A stretch of DNA of 64,000 nt from Trichoplax sp. H2 (GCA_003344405.1 NOWV01000154.1:1-64000); one strand, 5' to 3'; positions 27,752-41,600 are shown, counted from the stretch's first letter. Program-made: numbers and translations. The notes: generated from the sequence alone by a model not told the origin.

Positions 27752-30700
27752 CTACTTTAGTCTATCTGCGTGTTGGGCTTCCCATTCTTGACGCTTCCTA
27801 CTAAAAGCAGTAATCTCTTCATCCTAGAAGATAAGCAATTGTTTGAACTTATTACAGTGGTAAGTTAAACAGTTATAATAACAAACAAATACTGTTCTTA
27901 CTAAGGTTTTCCGTTGTTTGTCTAATATCTTTTTCTCTTCAGAACGCTCCTTCTTCGTCTTTTCGAAACCTTTTAAAAGATCTTGTTCCTTTCTTTTTAG
28001 TTCTTCATCTTTTTCTTTAACCAACTGCATATAATGATCTCGAATCTCTTCCTCTTTCCGTCTAAAGGTCTCAATCATAGCAGCTCGTTCTTTCTCATAG
28101 CTAGCTTTCATGTCACTTAAACTGAATCAAGCAAGGTTTATTTTAATAAAGCAGTAGCAAAATCCGACTTCGAGTATACGGTTTTATTTAACCAAGAAAA
28201 ATATCCTTATAGCGGCTTTGAAATAAAAAAAACACACGTTGCTAGACTTACTTGCTTACGTCAATGTATCCCATCTCTTGAAGACGTCTACGTCGATACA
28301 TTTCGTAACAATAATGATGTGTTTTCTCGCGCAGATCGTCCATGTTTGTCCTATCATTTTAACCAACACAGAAGTTTATCAATATTGAATTAACTATCTA
28401 TATCAAATTTGATTAAATAGGTAAGAAAGTAAAAGTACAGTAGACGTAGCATTAGAAAATAGATTGAGAAGCTTTGTTACCTAATTAGCATATCTCGCAG
28501 TCTAGTGAAGTCACAATGATTTTCATTTTCCACTGTATGAAGTAATAAATGTTTATATAAAGGTTCAACTTCAATGACAACTTATAGCTCCATTGTACCT
28601 TGTACTACTCCCCACGGATATTGTCTGGCACGAACATGCTCATTGCCAACCTTGACTTTTTCTCGACTACCAATAATAGCAAATGGTAACCGTTCCTAAT
28701 GGGGAAAGTACAAATTTATTACAGTCTGAGAATCTTGCAAGGAGAGAATGAATACATGATATTAGTGTTATATATTCATATATTTATGGCGTAATATAAT
28801 AGTGCGTACATTGTTTGCCTTATTAACGGCACTGACGACTTTATCATCCGCCGGGAAGTGATATATTTCGATATTATTAGCATTTATTTCTCCCATGATC
28901 TGTTAAAAATATCGTCCAGTGATATATAGATTTAAGTTACTTGCATCACAAATTAGGATACCTATTCGAGGATAAGCTTATACAATCGAGCAATTTGCTG
29001 AGCACAAATATATCTTATTCAACTTCTTACCCTACTCTTAAACCCTTGCAGTTCATCAATACTAATCGTGTCAGCTTTAGCAATAAGTGGTATGATATTA
29101 ACCTAAAGAAAAAAAACGACATAGAATTTCGAAAATTTTCCTAATAGCACTTTATAACAATAGCTAATTACAGGTATCAATAAACTACATATAAAGAGTG
29201 CTAGCTACTTGTCAATAAGAATAGCAAACCTTTCGATGCAATGCTTCCATACATTTCAGGTCAAGTGCCTTAATTCTGTGCCGAATCAATAGAATATTAT
29301 AAACTTTTCATTTGTAAACGTACACATAGCGAAAAAAATAGCAACAAAGATACAACTCACGAGTGACCAGTAGGAGAAACAAAGTATAAGCATGCATGAA
29401 TACGAGTATCGTGTAGACCATGCAAATTACGGATTCCAGATGCCATTTCAGCTTGGAGATAGCGCTCAAATTGATCATCAACATATTTAGATATCTGTTC
29501 ACAGCTATTGTAACGGCACATTTTGAACTTGATTAACACTTTATTTTTGTAAGAGTTTATCGAAAGCTTAAGAAATTAGCTATCAGGTAGGAACCAGAAG
29601 CCAAAGAAAGACACATAAAGTGTAGCTATTATTACTAATCAATTACCACAATTGAATTCTATTGTGTTGTTACCTTTCTCCTTTGTTAATTTGATCCCCG
29701 AAAGATTCAGTATGAACAAGTGTCAAACGTAGTGAAATTTGACTTTCTTTTAGCACTAACATTAATAATAAACAATTTTATTTATGAACACATTTGCAAG
29801 CTTCTGAGTCGGAACAGTTTCCTTAAACGTATACAGTTACATCATATCTACTTACCATATGTGGAGCAGTCAAGGCCAACTTTAGAAGTGCTAGAATGCC
29901 TTTTAGATTTAATGTCTGAAGTCATAAAGGGTTTAAATCAATTTTGGTTATAATACGTATTAAGTTGTACTTTTTGTAAATTTACAAAATATCTTATCGT
30001 ACGGCAACACCGAAATTTAATATGAACAAGGTATGTGCCTCAGCGCATCAAATAAAACATATCGTATGACGTTGGTAGTACCTTCGAATTCAGTCTTGAA
30101 AAGGGAATCCATTAACGTTGACTTTCCACATCCGGTCTCGCCTATGTGAATTTTTGGATAAAGTGATGTGATATATCTTTATCGTAAGCAGGTACAATTT
30201 AGATAAGTTCATAAACAGTAATCGAATTTATACTCATAGAATAGTTTATAATATTGTAAATTTATCTGTTTACCAATACATAAAACATTGAAATCGAAAC
30301 CATTTTCAGTACATCTGTTGACAAGTTGGTCTGGAAGGCTAGAAAATCCAACAGTACCAGAAGGTTTTAGCGGACGATCTGGACCCTACAATGAGCGGTG
30401 ATATATACATATTTAAAGTTGATAAGTATTCTTAGGATTCGTAATTTATACAGGCCAAAGTTGACTAAATCAATTATAATTATCCTTCTTAATGCACTGC
30501 TATCACTGTGGAGTTAAATAATATATAAGCAGGTAACTGATCGAGAATTTAAACTAATAAAAAGCAGTCGGTATTAATAGTCCAAGAGCGACACTGAGCT
30601 ATCAGCGACGTACAGTGTATCGACATGTTGCATGGTCTCTTATTAATTTAATTAACTTCAGTTCGTTTGCTGCCGTATGTGGTACTAAAGAGGGCGTAAG

Positions 30701-31947
30701 TCTAGACGCTTTACTACACAACATGGTGTACGCTATCAGTATGACAAGCATGATATAACCTACTGTACTGTATGATGTCAGTAGCAATATATTTTAGACA
30801 GTGTACACTAGAGATCCTATACAAAAATCTTTTTGCACAGGGTCTCGAGTATACACTCACTGTCTAAGTCGGTACTCTAAAAGTCATTAGGACATAGAAA
30901 ATCGATAACATCAATGCAGATTAGAGAGCAAGGAGTGCTTTTATCATTGCTTGACTTAAAGTTGGGCAGTTAACTAAATTCGGAATGTACGAGTTATATA
31001 TTGTACTATACCAGCAAATTATTGACGCAATCACAAGCACCTACACTGCGTATTTCAGCATTACAACAGCAAAAATGTTAGAAAAAGACCAGCAAATTAC
31101 AATTTTGTAGAAAAAGTTACATAGCCCAGAACAGTAATCTAGTTCTTATTTCATGGATTCATTACGATGATGTAACAGATACTACTTTGTGATACTAAGG
31201 AAAGGATTAGTAATGAGAGACTGATAGAATAATTAAATATGATTGGTACTTTAAGCGCACAATAAGCAATAGAACAAGTTCTTCTGGAGTACTGCAGCCA
31301 TCTATTATTTTATCTACTGTAGAATTAGTACGGATTGCAAAGCATAAAGATTTATGCCGTAAAAATCGTCGACTGTTTATTAGCAATACTGTAACATGTA
31401 AAGAATAATCCATTCGAATTTGCTGTAAGCATTATCAAAAGGAGTGAAAAATCTCTATCCAATGACAATCCAAAATGAAAAGTAATTTATAGGTCTTCGA
31501 AAGTAATGGCTATTACTACATTCAGTACTATTGTTGACCATCTTAGTCGTAACATTCTCTAGCAGTACAATACAGTGTTCAGTTATCACCTTTCAACACG
31601 GCATATTTGTTATTAAAGTACGTTGCACTAATCGCTACGTACACAGTAAAATACTTTGCAGGCTACATTTCATTATTGCGTGATTGCAGTAGTATGATGA
31701 AATGGCTACATACGTATCTACGAGTCGCTATATTGAATTTGCTAGTAGGAGTTTGACAGCATCAATTTTAGTCATGGCAATCTAAAGTTAATCACTTGTC
31801 GAACTCAATTCAACTGTATCACTCATGATACAGTTGACTTATTGGAAGTCTGACAATAATAAATTCAATTGAAGTGGATTCTAGATTATTCCATATCCTA
31901 CATCGGGAATCATAACATACCAAAACTCGTTTAACTTCAGAAGACAT
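27752..31947 (-). CDS. Septin, SEPT6/8/10/11 group; 14 exons: 31947-31921, 30385-30274, 30141-30082, 29915-29856, 29755-29674, 29504-29361, 29275-29230, 29102-29031, 28899-28810, 28695-28599, 28532-28481, 28350-28252, 28121-27902, 27823-27752
   Basis: Spliced translation [32 protein letters not shown]...[15 protein letters not shown] (G1)...FGDQINK...[17 protein letters not shown]...IAKAD (G4)...RQYPWG...ENENHCDF...coiled coil. All junctions are GT-AG and phase-consistent. LPDQLV is typical of the SEPT6 group. Confidence 0.92.
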
Positions 31948-32057
31948 TTGTAATTTTCGAAGCAGTAAACTTGTGAGCTCCCAAAATATCGATCAAATGC
32001 TTGCTAACGTCTTTGATCTTTTGATCAGCGTAAGACTAAGCTGGCCCGCGGATGTAA

Positions 32058-32270
32058 CCACAGTACTGTGCTCAGTCTACTGTACTTTGGTAACGCGAAC
32101 ACCTGTAAGCAAGCTTTTAGTTTAACCACAACCACTCAGTCAGTTTTGCGCCAACTAACCAACGACTATTTCCAACAGTTAATGTACTGTACATTGTACA
32201 GTACTACAGTGTATTATACGCTATGGAGTGTACTGTACACTGTACAGTACAGTACCTCACCGTACTTGTA
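32058..32270. repeat. CAGTA/TACTG array upstream of septin start
   Basis: cacagtactgtg, tgtactgtacattgtacagtactacagtg and gtactgtacactgtacagtacagtac lie ~110-320 bp upstream of ATG 31947. Confidence 0.85.
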
Positions 32271-32874
32271 CCATATTACTGCCTACTATAGAGTTCATAC
32301 TAACAACCGTATTGAAAGTTCTTACTAATCTCCATTAGCATGGAGACAAGAAATTGAATACGTAGTTAAAGTTATTCTAAAACAAACTACTAGCTCCTAC
32401 TCTCTCTTGATTGTATTGAAAAACGGCGGCTTATATACGTGCGCTGTTTACACTTAGAACGCAATGTAATGGCAAGTTTGTGTAACAGTAGATTCATTAG
32501 TGGATACAGTATAATAACACGGATTTGCACACTGCACCGTACTGTATTAGTCATTTCTAGTAAGTGTATGCCCGTTTCAAAGACTACTAAAAACCATCGA
32601 CAGGTGTAATGACCGCCCACTACACGTTATTTGTACAGTAATGTCATATTTGTTGCATTCATGGTCTATGGACAATTAAACAAGTATTGTACTTTCATAA
32701 ATGTTTTCGAGTTGGTAGAAAGTTTAGAAATTATTAAGAAATATAGGCACCTCAGCAAATTAATTTTTCGATATTTTCGGCCCCCATCTGATGGGAAAGT
32801 CTGTCTGTCCATGACTTACGGGGTGACAATCGTGTATCAGACTATGGAGGTCAGTAAGAAGTTCTTTACCTCTA

Positions 32875-33083
32875 TAGTACAGTATGTTTCAGACCTACAG
32901 TACAGTACAGTGCACAGCATGCACAATTGCACACTAAGTCACAAGCTCATAACGTGAGTGACGTCATGTAACGTACTGTACACTGTACTGAGTGTACAGT
33001 GTACAGTACATAGGTACCCTGTACAGTACAGTACAGTACTGTACTGTACAGTGTACACTACTGTAGTAAATGTACTGTACTGT
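32875..33083. repeat. CAGTA/TACTG array upstream of the scavenger receptor gene
   Basis: Includes the perfect 24-bp palindrome gtacagtacagtactgtactgtac at 33026-33049. Confidence 0.9.
32959..32966. promoter_or_regulatory. Consensus CRE (TGACGTCA), possible CREB/ATF site
   Basis: Exact palindrome embedded in the array between the divergent septin and SCARB genes. Function is inferred. Confidence 0.4.
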
Positions 33084-33916
33084 TGATCATCGATTTAACT
33101 ACACTAAACTTAATCATAAGACAAGCAAGCCTAGTGGAGTAATTTGAACGTCCTAAAAGAAAACAACGCAGCAACAGAGGCTTATCAACATACTTATAAT
33201 ACACAGTATATATATGTTACGTATACATATAATCAGATGGAGAAATAATCTTGTATAGGAGCTTCTTATTTGACTTTTCATTAATAAATAGTAACATTAT
33301 CTACAGAACACTGCGCAATACAGGTAAAATTAGACTCCGCTGCTTTGAAATTGTTAATTACAAGAATGTAAAGTAGACCGTAGTGTGTGGAAAATTTAAC
33401 ACATACCTAACGTTTTTTGCTAAATTTTTTGGTTGGTGACGGCATATAGCGAATAGTAATTGTAACATTTATTGAATATTATCTTAAACTGATGCCAAAG
33501 AGTATTATGAATTTACTTGAATTTGATTGTAGTTTAACATGTTCCATTGCTTGGCTTAAAACGACTTTCACACCTTTTGCGGTAAAATAAAGTATTGCTT
33601 AAGGTTAGGATAGCTATACTGTACGGTGATAGTACGTTGATCCACTCGACACTTTAATTTGATAATTGGAATTAATACTGTATGTTGTGATTAATTAAAT
33701 GAAATGAAGAATTCATTTCAACTCGTCGGGAAAAGCCCTATAAGTTCTTATGACGTTGATAATCGCTTATCATTTCATTAGCTGTATCCGAGTTACCGCT
33801 TTGCTAATAGTTTGTTCGCCAATACTGAAATGGTTAATATTTTGCTTTTTCAAGATTAAAATCCCACAACGGTGTGATATTGTGAGCTGTTTAAAAGAAT
33901 CTGCTGAGGTAATATC

Positions 33917-36900
33917 ATGGCATGTACCTGCGGTTGTGTTGCCATCACTACGCTGGTTTTGGGTGTTTTACTAGCGATTGGATGTGGTGTTGGTATTCCG
34001 CTACTAACGACGTTCTTGAGCGGAGTAGTTGATCAGGTCATCTGAAATATTGATCAGTTAGATATGGAATAGGCGTATACGTACTACTTTTGATAGTGAA
34101 TTAAGATTTCGATTAGCTTGATACATTATTGATGAGACGCTGTTGAATTGACTCTAAAAATGGAATAAGAATTTTCATTACCAAATCGTATTGGTTGATA
34201 ACTAGTTATGAATCTTGCTGCTACAGTATCGTAAAAACTCAGTATAATTCTATGATATAACCTAACCAATATCAGCTAAAAATTAATTATGCCATCTTAG
34301 TTCCGTCGTACAAAATAAATTTACTATAGGATATTGCTTAGCACGCAGTATACTCGTTTAATTATGTTTCACCCCATTGCCTATAACTTTTGATGATGCT
34401 TCTCTTAATTAAGAGTAAAATTTTCATTGCTTATTTAGAATCAGGCTGATAAACATTTATTTTATCTAATCTTAAGCAGCGACATTCAATCCTTTAAATT
34501 TATAAACCCAATAACATGACTGCTCCACACTTTTGCCGTACTATAAATTAAAAATTTATTGTATTAATTCATTATACGTATATAATTGATTTATTTAGAG
34601 GGTAGAATTATTACCGAATACCACTGGTTATAATAATTGGCTGCATCCTGGCGGACCAATTTATATGCAATTTTATATTTTCAATATTGTGAATCCATTA
34701 GAAATTGAGCAAGGTCAACGACCGGCTGTTGAACAAATTGGCCCATTTACTTATAGGTACCATGAATATAGTCTTTAAGTGGGTTGTAATCCTAGGCTAT
34801 TATCAGAATTGGACCTTATTGTACATACACTGTAGAATTGTGGCTTCGTTAAAATTATAATTAATCGCGGTTAAAATGACTTCCTATTATTGTCATCTTA
34901 TGTACTATAGTTTAAGATTTCTGTTACTGCAGACAATACATAGATACATATATGTAATAATTATACATTTAGTAAAACTAGAAAATTATTAACTGAAAGC
35001 AACTTCTTTCGTTCGTTAAACACGATTGCCCAAAAATTCTGCGGAAATTGTAAATACATCCAATGATAATCATATCTTGAAGCAATAGCGTATTTTATTT
35101 TGCGGTATTGATATCTACTTTTCTCGATATTGATTTACCCTATTGACAAGGTGACACCGTTTGCTAGTGAAAGGATATTATCGAACTTGAATACGAAAAG
35201 CTATTACTAATGATATCATTCATGTTGACTAGGGAACATCGTATTAAAACTGATGTTGTCTTCTACACCAATGGCACTGCATCTTACAATGAGAAGAAGA
35301 TTTTTATTTTTCTACCAGATCGATCAATTGATAGCGATAATTTTACGTTTACAACTATCAACGTACCATTATTAGTAAGTTGTAGTAGGTGTTTAGTATT
35401 AACTGCGGTATTAATTTACGAGCCCCTGATAAATGTTAATTATTACAATGTTTTACCATACAATAGACAACGTTGGAAATTATGAGGAAAGATAATATAT
35501 CAGAAAATCTTAAGAAACTCTTTTTCAATTTCATTTCAAACCTGCATAACGAGGGATTGTTTATAAAGCGGTCAGTTAGACAGATGATATGGGGCTATGA
35601 TGACGATATTTTTGACTTTTTACGTGATATAAGTGCACTGTTGCCTAACCCAGTCAAAATTCCGAAAGTGTTTGGATTGCAACAAAATGCCTCAAGTGCT
35701 GGAATATTTGATGTTTACACTGGTAAAGATGATCCGAAAAATTTAGGAAAGATTGCGCGTTGGAATGGGGAAAGGTTAGTTCCTATAGTTACGTAGCACA
35801 GTGATTAATATAAAATCTTATGTCGCTAATTCTTTGTTATATATCAATAAAACATTCCACAGTCATTTGCATTGGTGGAAAGACAAATATGCTAATATGA
35901 TCAATGGAACTGGTAAGGAAATGTCAAGCCTAACCAGAAAGTAGATGCAGTGCAATTTATAGATATAACTTTATACTATAAATTGAAAAGTATCAGTATA
36001 ATTCGAGATTATTGATGTTCAATATACGTGCATAAGAATACGTTCTTATTATATCTAATTGTAAGAAACGTCTGTATCACTATTGCATTACTACGTTTTC
36101 AGATGCCGTACAATTTCATCCACATTTGACTCGGAAGGAAATGCTATATTTATTCAATAACGATGTATGCAGGTAAAGGATACCCCACAATTAGTAATTG
36201 ATAACTAAGTTTCATTTCAGACTTCCAATTTGTGCTGCAAAAGGAATGACTTATTCACAGATGCAAACACAAGGCTTAAATTAGAGTCTAATAATATTGT
36301 CGTGTTTACTCTTATAGTGATTATACTATAGAATACATATTACGGTACTTTTTTATCCTTAGTTGGATAATATCACAACTGGTCACCTACTTAAGATCAA
36401 TTTTTCTTTTTCAGATCCTTATACTCTATTTACCACTCTGATGTTAAACTGAAAGGCATTAATTTGTATCGTTATACTATTCCCGGTAAAGTTTTCTTGA
36501 ATTCTTCAGCTAATCCAGACAATGCCGGTTTCTGTGAACCGTGCCTGGCTTCTGGACTATTAAGTTTATCCTCGTGCAAACAAGGTAAATATTTATTGTT
36601 CTCTTCCAACGTATCATTATTTCAATCAGTGGAATCCAGTGATTATACAATTCAATAGATAGAAAGTTTACTGATAAAGTATATCGTATTATCTTCTGTG
36701 TTAGTAGTGCATGAATTTTATCGCTTGCATTTTCAAAACGTTGTAGGGGCTCCTGTAGCTATTTCATCACCCCATTTCCTTTATGGCGATCCTCAATTAG
36801 TACATAATGTAACAGGTCTACATCCAAACTTGGAAGAGCATGCGACGTGGATTGATATTGATCCGGTAATTAGTCAATTATTTGATTACAAATGACATTA

Positions 36901-37701
36901 TAAAACGTAGCACTTATCCGTTAGCGTATTCATATTTTATTAAGTTAAGCAAAGTGATTTCTTGTGTGATAACAGATTACAGGCTTTACCATGCATGCCC
37001 GGAAACGGTTACAAATTAATGCTGTCGTCTCGCCTGATAATTCGCTTAAGTAAGAGTTTTACGTTGTTATGTAGTTATGACATATAAATGCATTTGCTAA
37101 CATCAGACTTTCCAAATAACTGTTGAATACTAGGGGAATGAAAAATGTAAAATATGTAGTAATGCCGATTGTTTACCTGAACGAGGTAGTATAAACGTTT
37201 AGCTAACATAATATGTACCATCATTAGCATTCGTTATTGCAAAAAACTTTTACTGTCCAATTTTAACGGCAAATGGACTCTATTTTGTCCTTGTAGAGTG
37301 CTGAGATTGATAAGAAGCACGTCGACCTGTATAACCAGCAGCTTACTATACCATTTCTAATCTTCCATATTTTGGAGTATGCGGTGCCTGCATTTAGTGG
37401 AATTCTTATCCTAGTATCAGCGGTGGTTCTATTTCGTATTAAGCGACATGGCCGAATTCTGCACGTGGTAGGTAATCTGTGCTATTTACGCAAAGTATCA
37501 GTTACTCGTATAACGGTAAAGTATGACAAGTATGACAAAGTAGCTCCTGAATAGATTTTTTTAGATGGATAAAAACTATCAAAATAATTACTATAGCTAG
37601 GTCATACATTTAGAGCCGAAACTTGTAAGGATATCTTACATGAGCTTACAATTGTATTCTCTTTTTTACAGCAACGATCAGATTATGAGCCCATAGAATA
37701 A
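33917..37701 (+). CDS. CD36-family class B scavenger receptor (SCARB2/LIMP-2-like); 12 exons: 33917-34036, 34599-34756, 35233-35374, 35467-35774, 35863-35912, 36103-36172, 36415-36584, 36747-36865, 36976-37049, 37134-37185, 37297-37467, 37672-37701
   Basis: N-terminal TM, YMQFYIFNIVNP, EQIGPFTYRE, WGYDD, MINGTD, DVCRS, SSPHFLYGD, ARKRLQIN, C-terminal TM and tail ending DYEPIE*. GT-AG junctions are in phase. Confidence 0.92.
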
Positions 37702-38869
37702 TCATAATCTTACAGCTCTGTAAACCATGTTGCATTTGTCTTGATATCTTCTCTGGGGAGCATGAACAAATCAAGTATCATGCACATACTTTTAAATGAT
37801 AACAATAAAAGTAAAATTTTGGACTTATACTGTTTATAATTGTTGTTTCAAGATTTGCATTAGATATCTTAGCTAAGTAGGCGATCATTTTGATGTCATT
37901 ATTGCTTAAATATGCCTAGACTTTACTTTGTTAATATCTATGATATTTTTATTCACTATAATATTTCCGCATAATATTCTAGATCCACAATTTCAGATTT
38001 ATACCAATCATCTACTTGTATGATGTAGAAGCCGAGTTGAACTATCTATCTGCTATAATATTCACATTTGTAGAATTTGGTAAATATCGCCAGAATGTCC
38101 TTGATGTTGCTAAAATAATGACAAAACGTTTCATTGTAATTATATTTGACGAAAGTTGACGAAAATAATTTTGACCCTAGTTCATGATTGACTTTTCATA
38201 CTATTTTTTAATATTCTAAATCTTTAATAGCGCATCAATAATTTTTACAAAGATTTATCAAGAAAATAAAATTCAAACCTTATTAGTATAGGAATTTTAT
38301 ATCCTTTGTCTGAGATTACATTTGTATGATAAAAGCGTCTGGATGATTGTTATCAGATTACGAATACAGTTAACTCGAGTTAATTTCACATTCTTCGTAA
38401 CTTTTGAATAAATGAACATGTTCAGTGGTTGTGACAATGAAGCAGATGCGACAGCCATTTTATAATGTTACAAAATTACAAGGTAAAACATTGGCACTGC
38501 CTGTTGACACTTAGAAATCTATATATGATATTTAGGATCGTATATTCGATTAATAATCCACACACCATAGGACTGTTAAGCCCTATGAGGTAAACAACCA
38601 CGAAATATTCAATACATCAATTTCTATAATTGTATCATACGGTATTATATTGATAATACAAATTATCGATAAGTACCTTTTTACAAGCACAATACGACAT
38701 CTTGATTTTGTTATAAAATAACTAGTTGGTCTAGCTAGTACTGTGCGTACTTACGCAATGGGGTGATTTTGAAGGTCACCGAACTATTGCATTCTTAAAT
38801 TTAAACTACGGTACTGTACTTTGCTGACCCAATAACTTTTCCATGCTTAAAAAGTAGAAATAAACATGT

Positions 38870-41064
38870 TTAGTCTTGTATCTTTAAGATGTTCTTGTTT
38901 TCTACACTATTCATCTCCTTTAGCACTTTAGCAATATTATATCGTAATTCATGAAATTTCGCCACAGAAACCTGAGTATCAATTGAGAATAGCGGTATAC
39001 GGAAACATTAAGTAATAATTTACAGCAAAGAATTTACGTTTTCCCTACCCACCTCAAAAGTGAATATTTTGCCGTTGCTAAGGGTCAATTCAAGCAAGAG
39101 GTTAGGCACCAGAGATCTACTGATTGTACTACAGACAACAAAATCATAACGGACTTTAATTAAGGTTGCAAAAGGTATATCATTATAATAGCAGAGAAAC
39201 TAAAACATTTTATAACCTAGTCGATATCGTTACATCAACACGCCATCTAAGAGACTGGCATCGTGGAAAATGGCATGTGCTGTTTAATATTTCGGATTCC
39301 ATATATTTTCGTCTATTTATGATAAAAATTCAGATTCAGACATTACAATATACAATTTCCTACAACAGTTATTCACTCTTTGTCCTTTACCTTGAACCAT
39401 ATACCGCATCTCTCAGATAAGGTATAACTTCATCCGGTATTCTACAACAGTTAATAATGATACGTCAATAAAATAACAGCATAAAGTTATCAAGGACATA
39501 CTGTAACATATCGCTACCATTAAGTAGCTTTGATAGCTCTTTACCTCATCTGCTGTAAATCGGTTTCAAATACCTAAAATTCCGAGAGGATAATTTTTAT
39601 AAGTCTAGTATAATAAACATCAGCAAAGTACAGTATAATATCTAATAATATTTAGTGTCAGCAGAAAATTTTAAATACTTTTACTACTGTCGACGTATAG
39701 TACCAATTTCAGTGAGCTCTTTCTCTATCTCTGCAGAAAACTGATCGTATCGATATCAAAGTAAGAATGCTAATAATTTAAATCTTACAATCCAGTAATA
39801 TTGTAAATACAATAGTGCAACTGCATTGCTCATAATTGATCATATACTGTAAACTTATCATCAAATAATTGCTAGGTATAACATCCAATCAGCGATTCTA
39901 GGTGACTATTCCAACATTTATGAAAAAGTACTGAACTATTTATTAACTTGCTATATACTGTAAATCTAACTGAGAATGTCATCCGTACTACTATATAATT
40001 GATTATAATATCGGTGTATATAGCTGGTTTTACAACCTGGAAATAAATATTCTATGGACGTACAATGCTAGAAATAGTATAGTAAGAGATAAATTATAGG
40101 TAAATTGATTAATTTACAAACCTCGCTCTTCAGAGATGCATCTGGTAGTCTGATACTACTTGCTATAAGCAATTTGGTACCAGCAAAAATTATGTTAAAG
40201 TTATCAATCGGCAATTCTTCTGATTTAACTTCTTTGAGGACTCTGTGATAGCTAGAAGTGTCTCCCTCGATGTCTTTAACAACAGCTATAATTGAGTATA
40301 GTGTGAAATACTGGAGTAAGAACAAGTAATTTGAAATTGTAAATAATAATTTAATTATTATATTCATTTAGACATGAACCGAGAAAGGGAATGGTTGCTT
40401 AATTAATAGTTCTATACTTTCATACCACAGATTATCTGATAGATAGTATCAAAATATAAATAATGCTATTTCAATGCTCAAAACTACTGACGCAAAGAGA
40501 TTCACCATCTTACGAGAGGATAATCTCACTCAATCTTACATATAGTATGTGAACTTATATCGGAGTCTGATTATATTGAAACTCAAATCTAATCTTTTAA
40601 GTTATGCAAATAGACTAATGCGATTCAAATTTTACGGTGTCACAAATGGGGCTGTACAGTACTGAAGATAATTTCGATAGCAATCTGAAGCAGAATAACT
40701 AACTGAAGTGTACAATGCTATGAATTGCATTGATAATAACTTAACAAAACTCTACTGTAAGATCACTATCGACCTTGAGGGCACTGCACGTAACCTTAAG
40801 CCTACTCTCAGCAGAAAGCACATACTGTAGGTGAAATTGCTTTTTGATAATATGATTGATCTTATTAGTTTGCTCTTTGAGCGGAAAAGCTAGCTTTCAT
40901 AACTCACCTACTACTATTTTACGGTAACTTGAATGATCAATCTTTTTCAATAACTTGGACATTTTTGAAACTTCATCGGGTACTTTATATCCGGCAAAAA
41001 GTGTTCTTTCAATTGCGCCTGGTCTATTACCAGGCTTAGTTCCATGGCTGACTTTACTTGCCAT
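38870..41064 (-). CDS. COMMD5: COMM domain-containing protein 5; 7 exons: 41064-40908, 40285-40122, 39573-39545, 39441-39391, 39312-39217, 39128-39053, 38971-38870
   Basis: Spliced translation includes VPDEVSKMSKLLKKIDHSSYRK, IRLPDASLK, LRWRVDVTISTS and FEVSVAKFHELRYNIAKVLKEM, matching the COMMD5 COMM domain. Confidence 0.92.
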
Positions 41065-41213
41065 ATCCTTAGCTATGTTTACTCTGTAGTATCACAATTG
41101 TACTTGAAACTGAGGCAAATATTGTTCAAGGAATAGTCAAAACGATCCTTTCTTTGCCAAACCACGAATACCAATCGACGGGTGGAGGTAGGAGCTGTAC
41201 AATTATACATCTT

Positions 41214-41600
41214 ACTGTTGCAGCTCGATGTACAGTACAGTACTGTACTGTATATGAAGGGCTGTTATTGTTGAAAGCAAGATCTCGATCGATTTATGCA
41301 CTACCGTACAGTACGTACAACTTGGTACAAGTGTACTGTACAGTACAGTACAGTCTGTGCGTACAGTACTGTACAGTCGTACTGTACACTGTAAAGCATG
41401 TACTGTACTGTAATAAGAGAGCAGTACAGTACCGCACGGTACCGTACCGTATTGTACCATAACTGGACCGTATTGTACCGTAACTGGACCGTACTCTGTA
41501 CTTTCCAACGCCTGGTGTGATCCCGGAGACCTGCAAAATCTGTTGACGGTGAGTTTTAAAGTGCGTCGTCCCATGTGTACAGTACTGGACTGTACAACGT
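41214..41600. repeat. CAGTA/TACTG array filling the COMMD5-BCKDHB bidirectional promoter
   Basis: Multiple tgtacagtac/gtactgtaca blocks and GC-richer ccgta variants. A 21-bp tandem unit ccgtattgtacc(a/g)taactgga occurs twice at 41447-41488. Confidence 0.9.

Noticed and set aside
30861-30876. 16-nt AG/GTGAGT-bounded micro-exon in septin intron 1
   Set aside because: Inclusion shifts the frame. It could be a poison exon, but nothing beyond the splice sites supports it.
39704-39740. Alternative COMMD5 exon (FSAEIEKELTEI)
   Set aside because: It ends in phase 1, incompatible with the next exon; exon 39573-39545 fits both phase and homology.
41447-41500. 21-bp direct repeats as a CRISPR-like array
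   Set aside because: Only two adjacent copies, no spacers, eukaryotic context and no cas genes.
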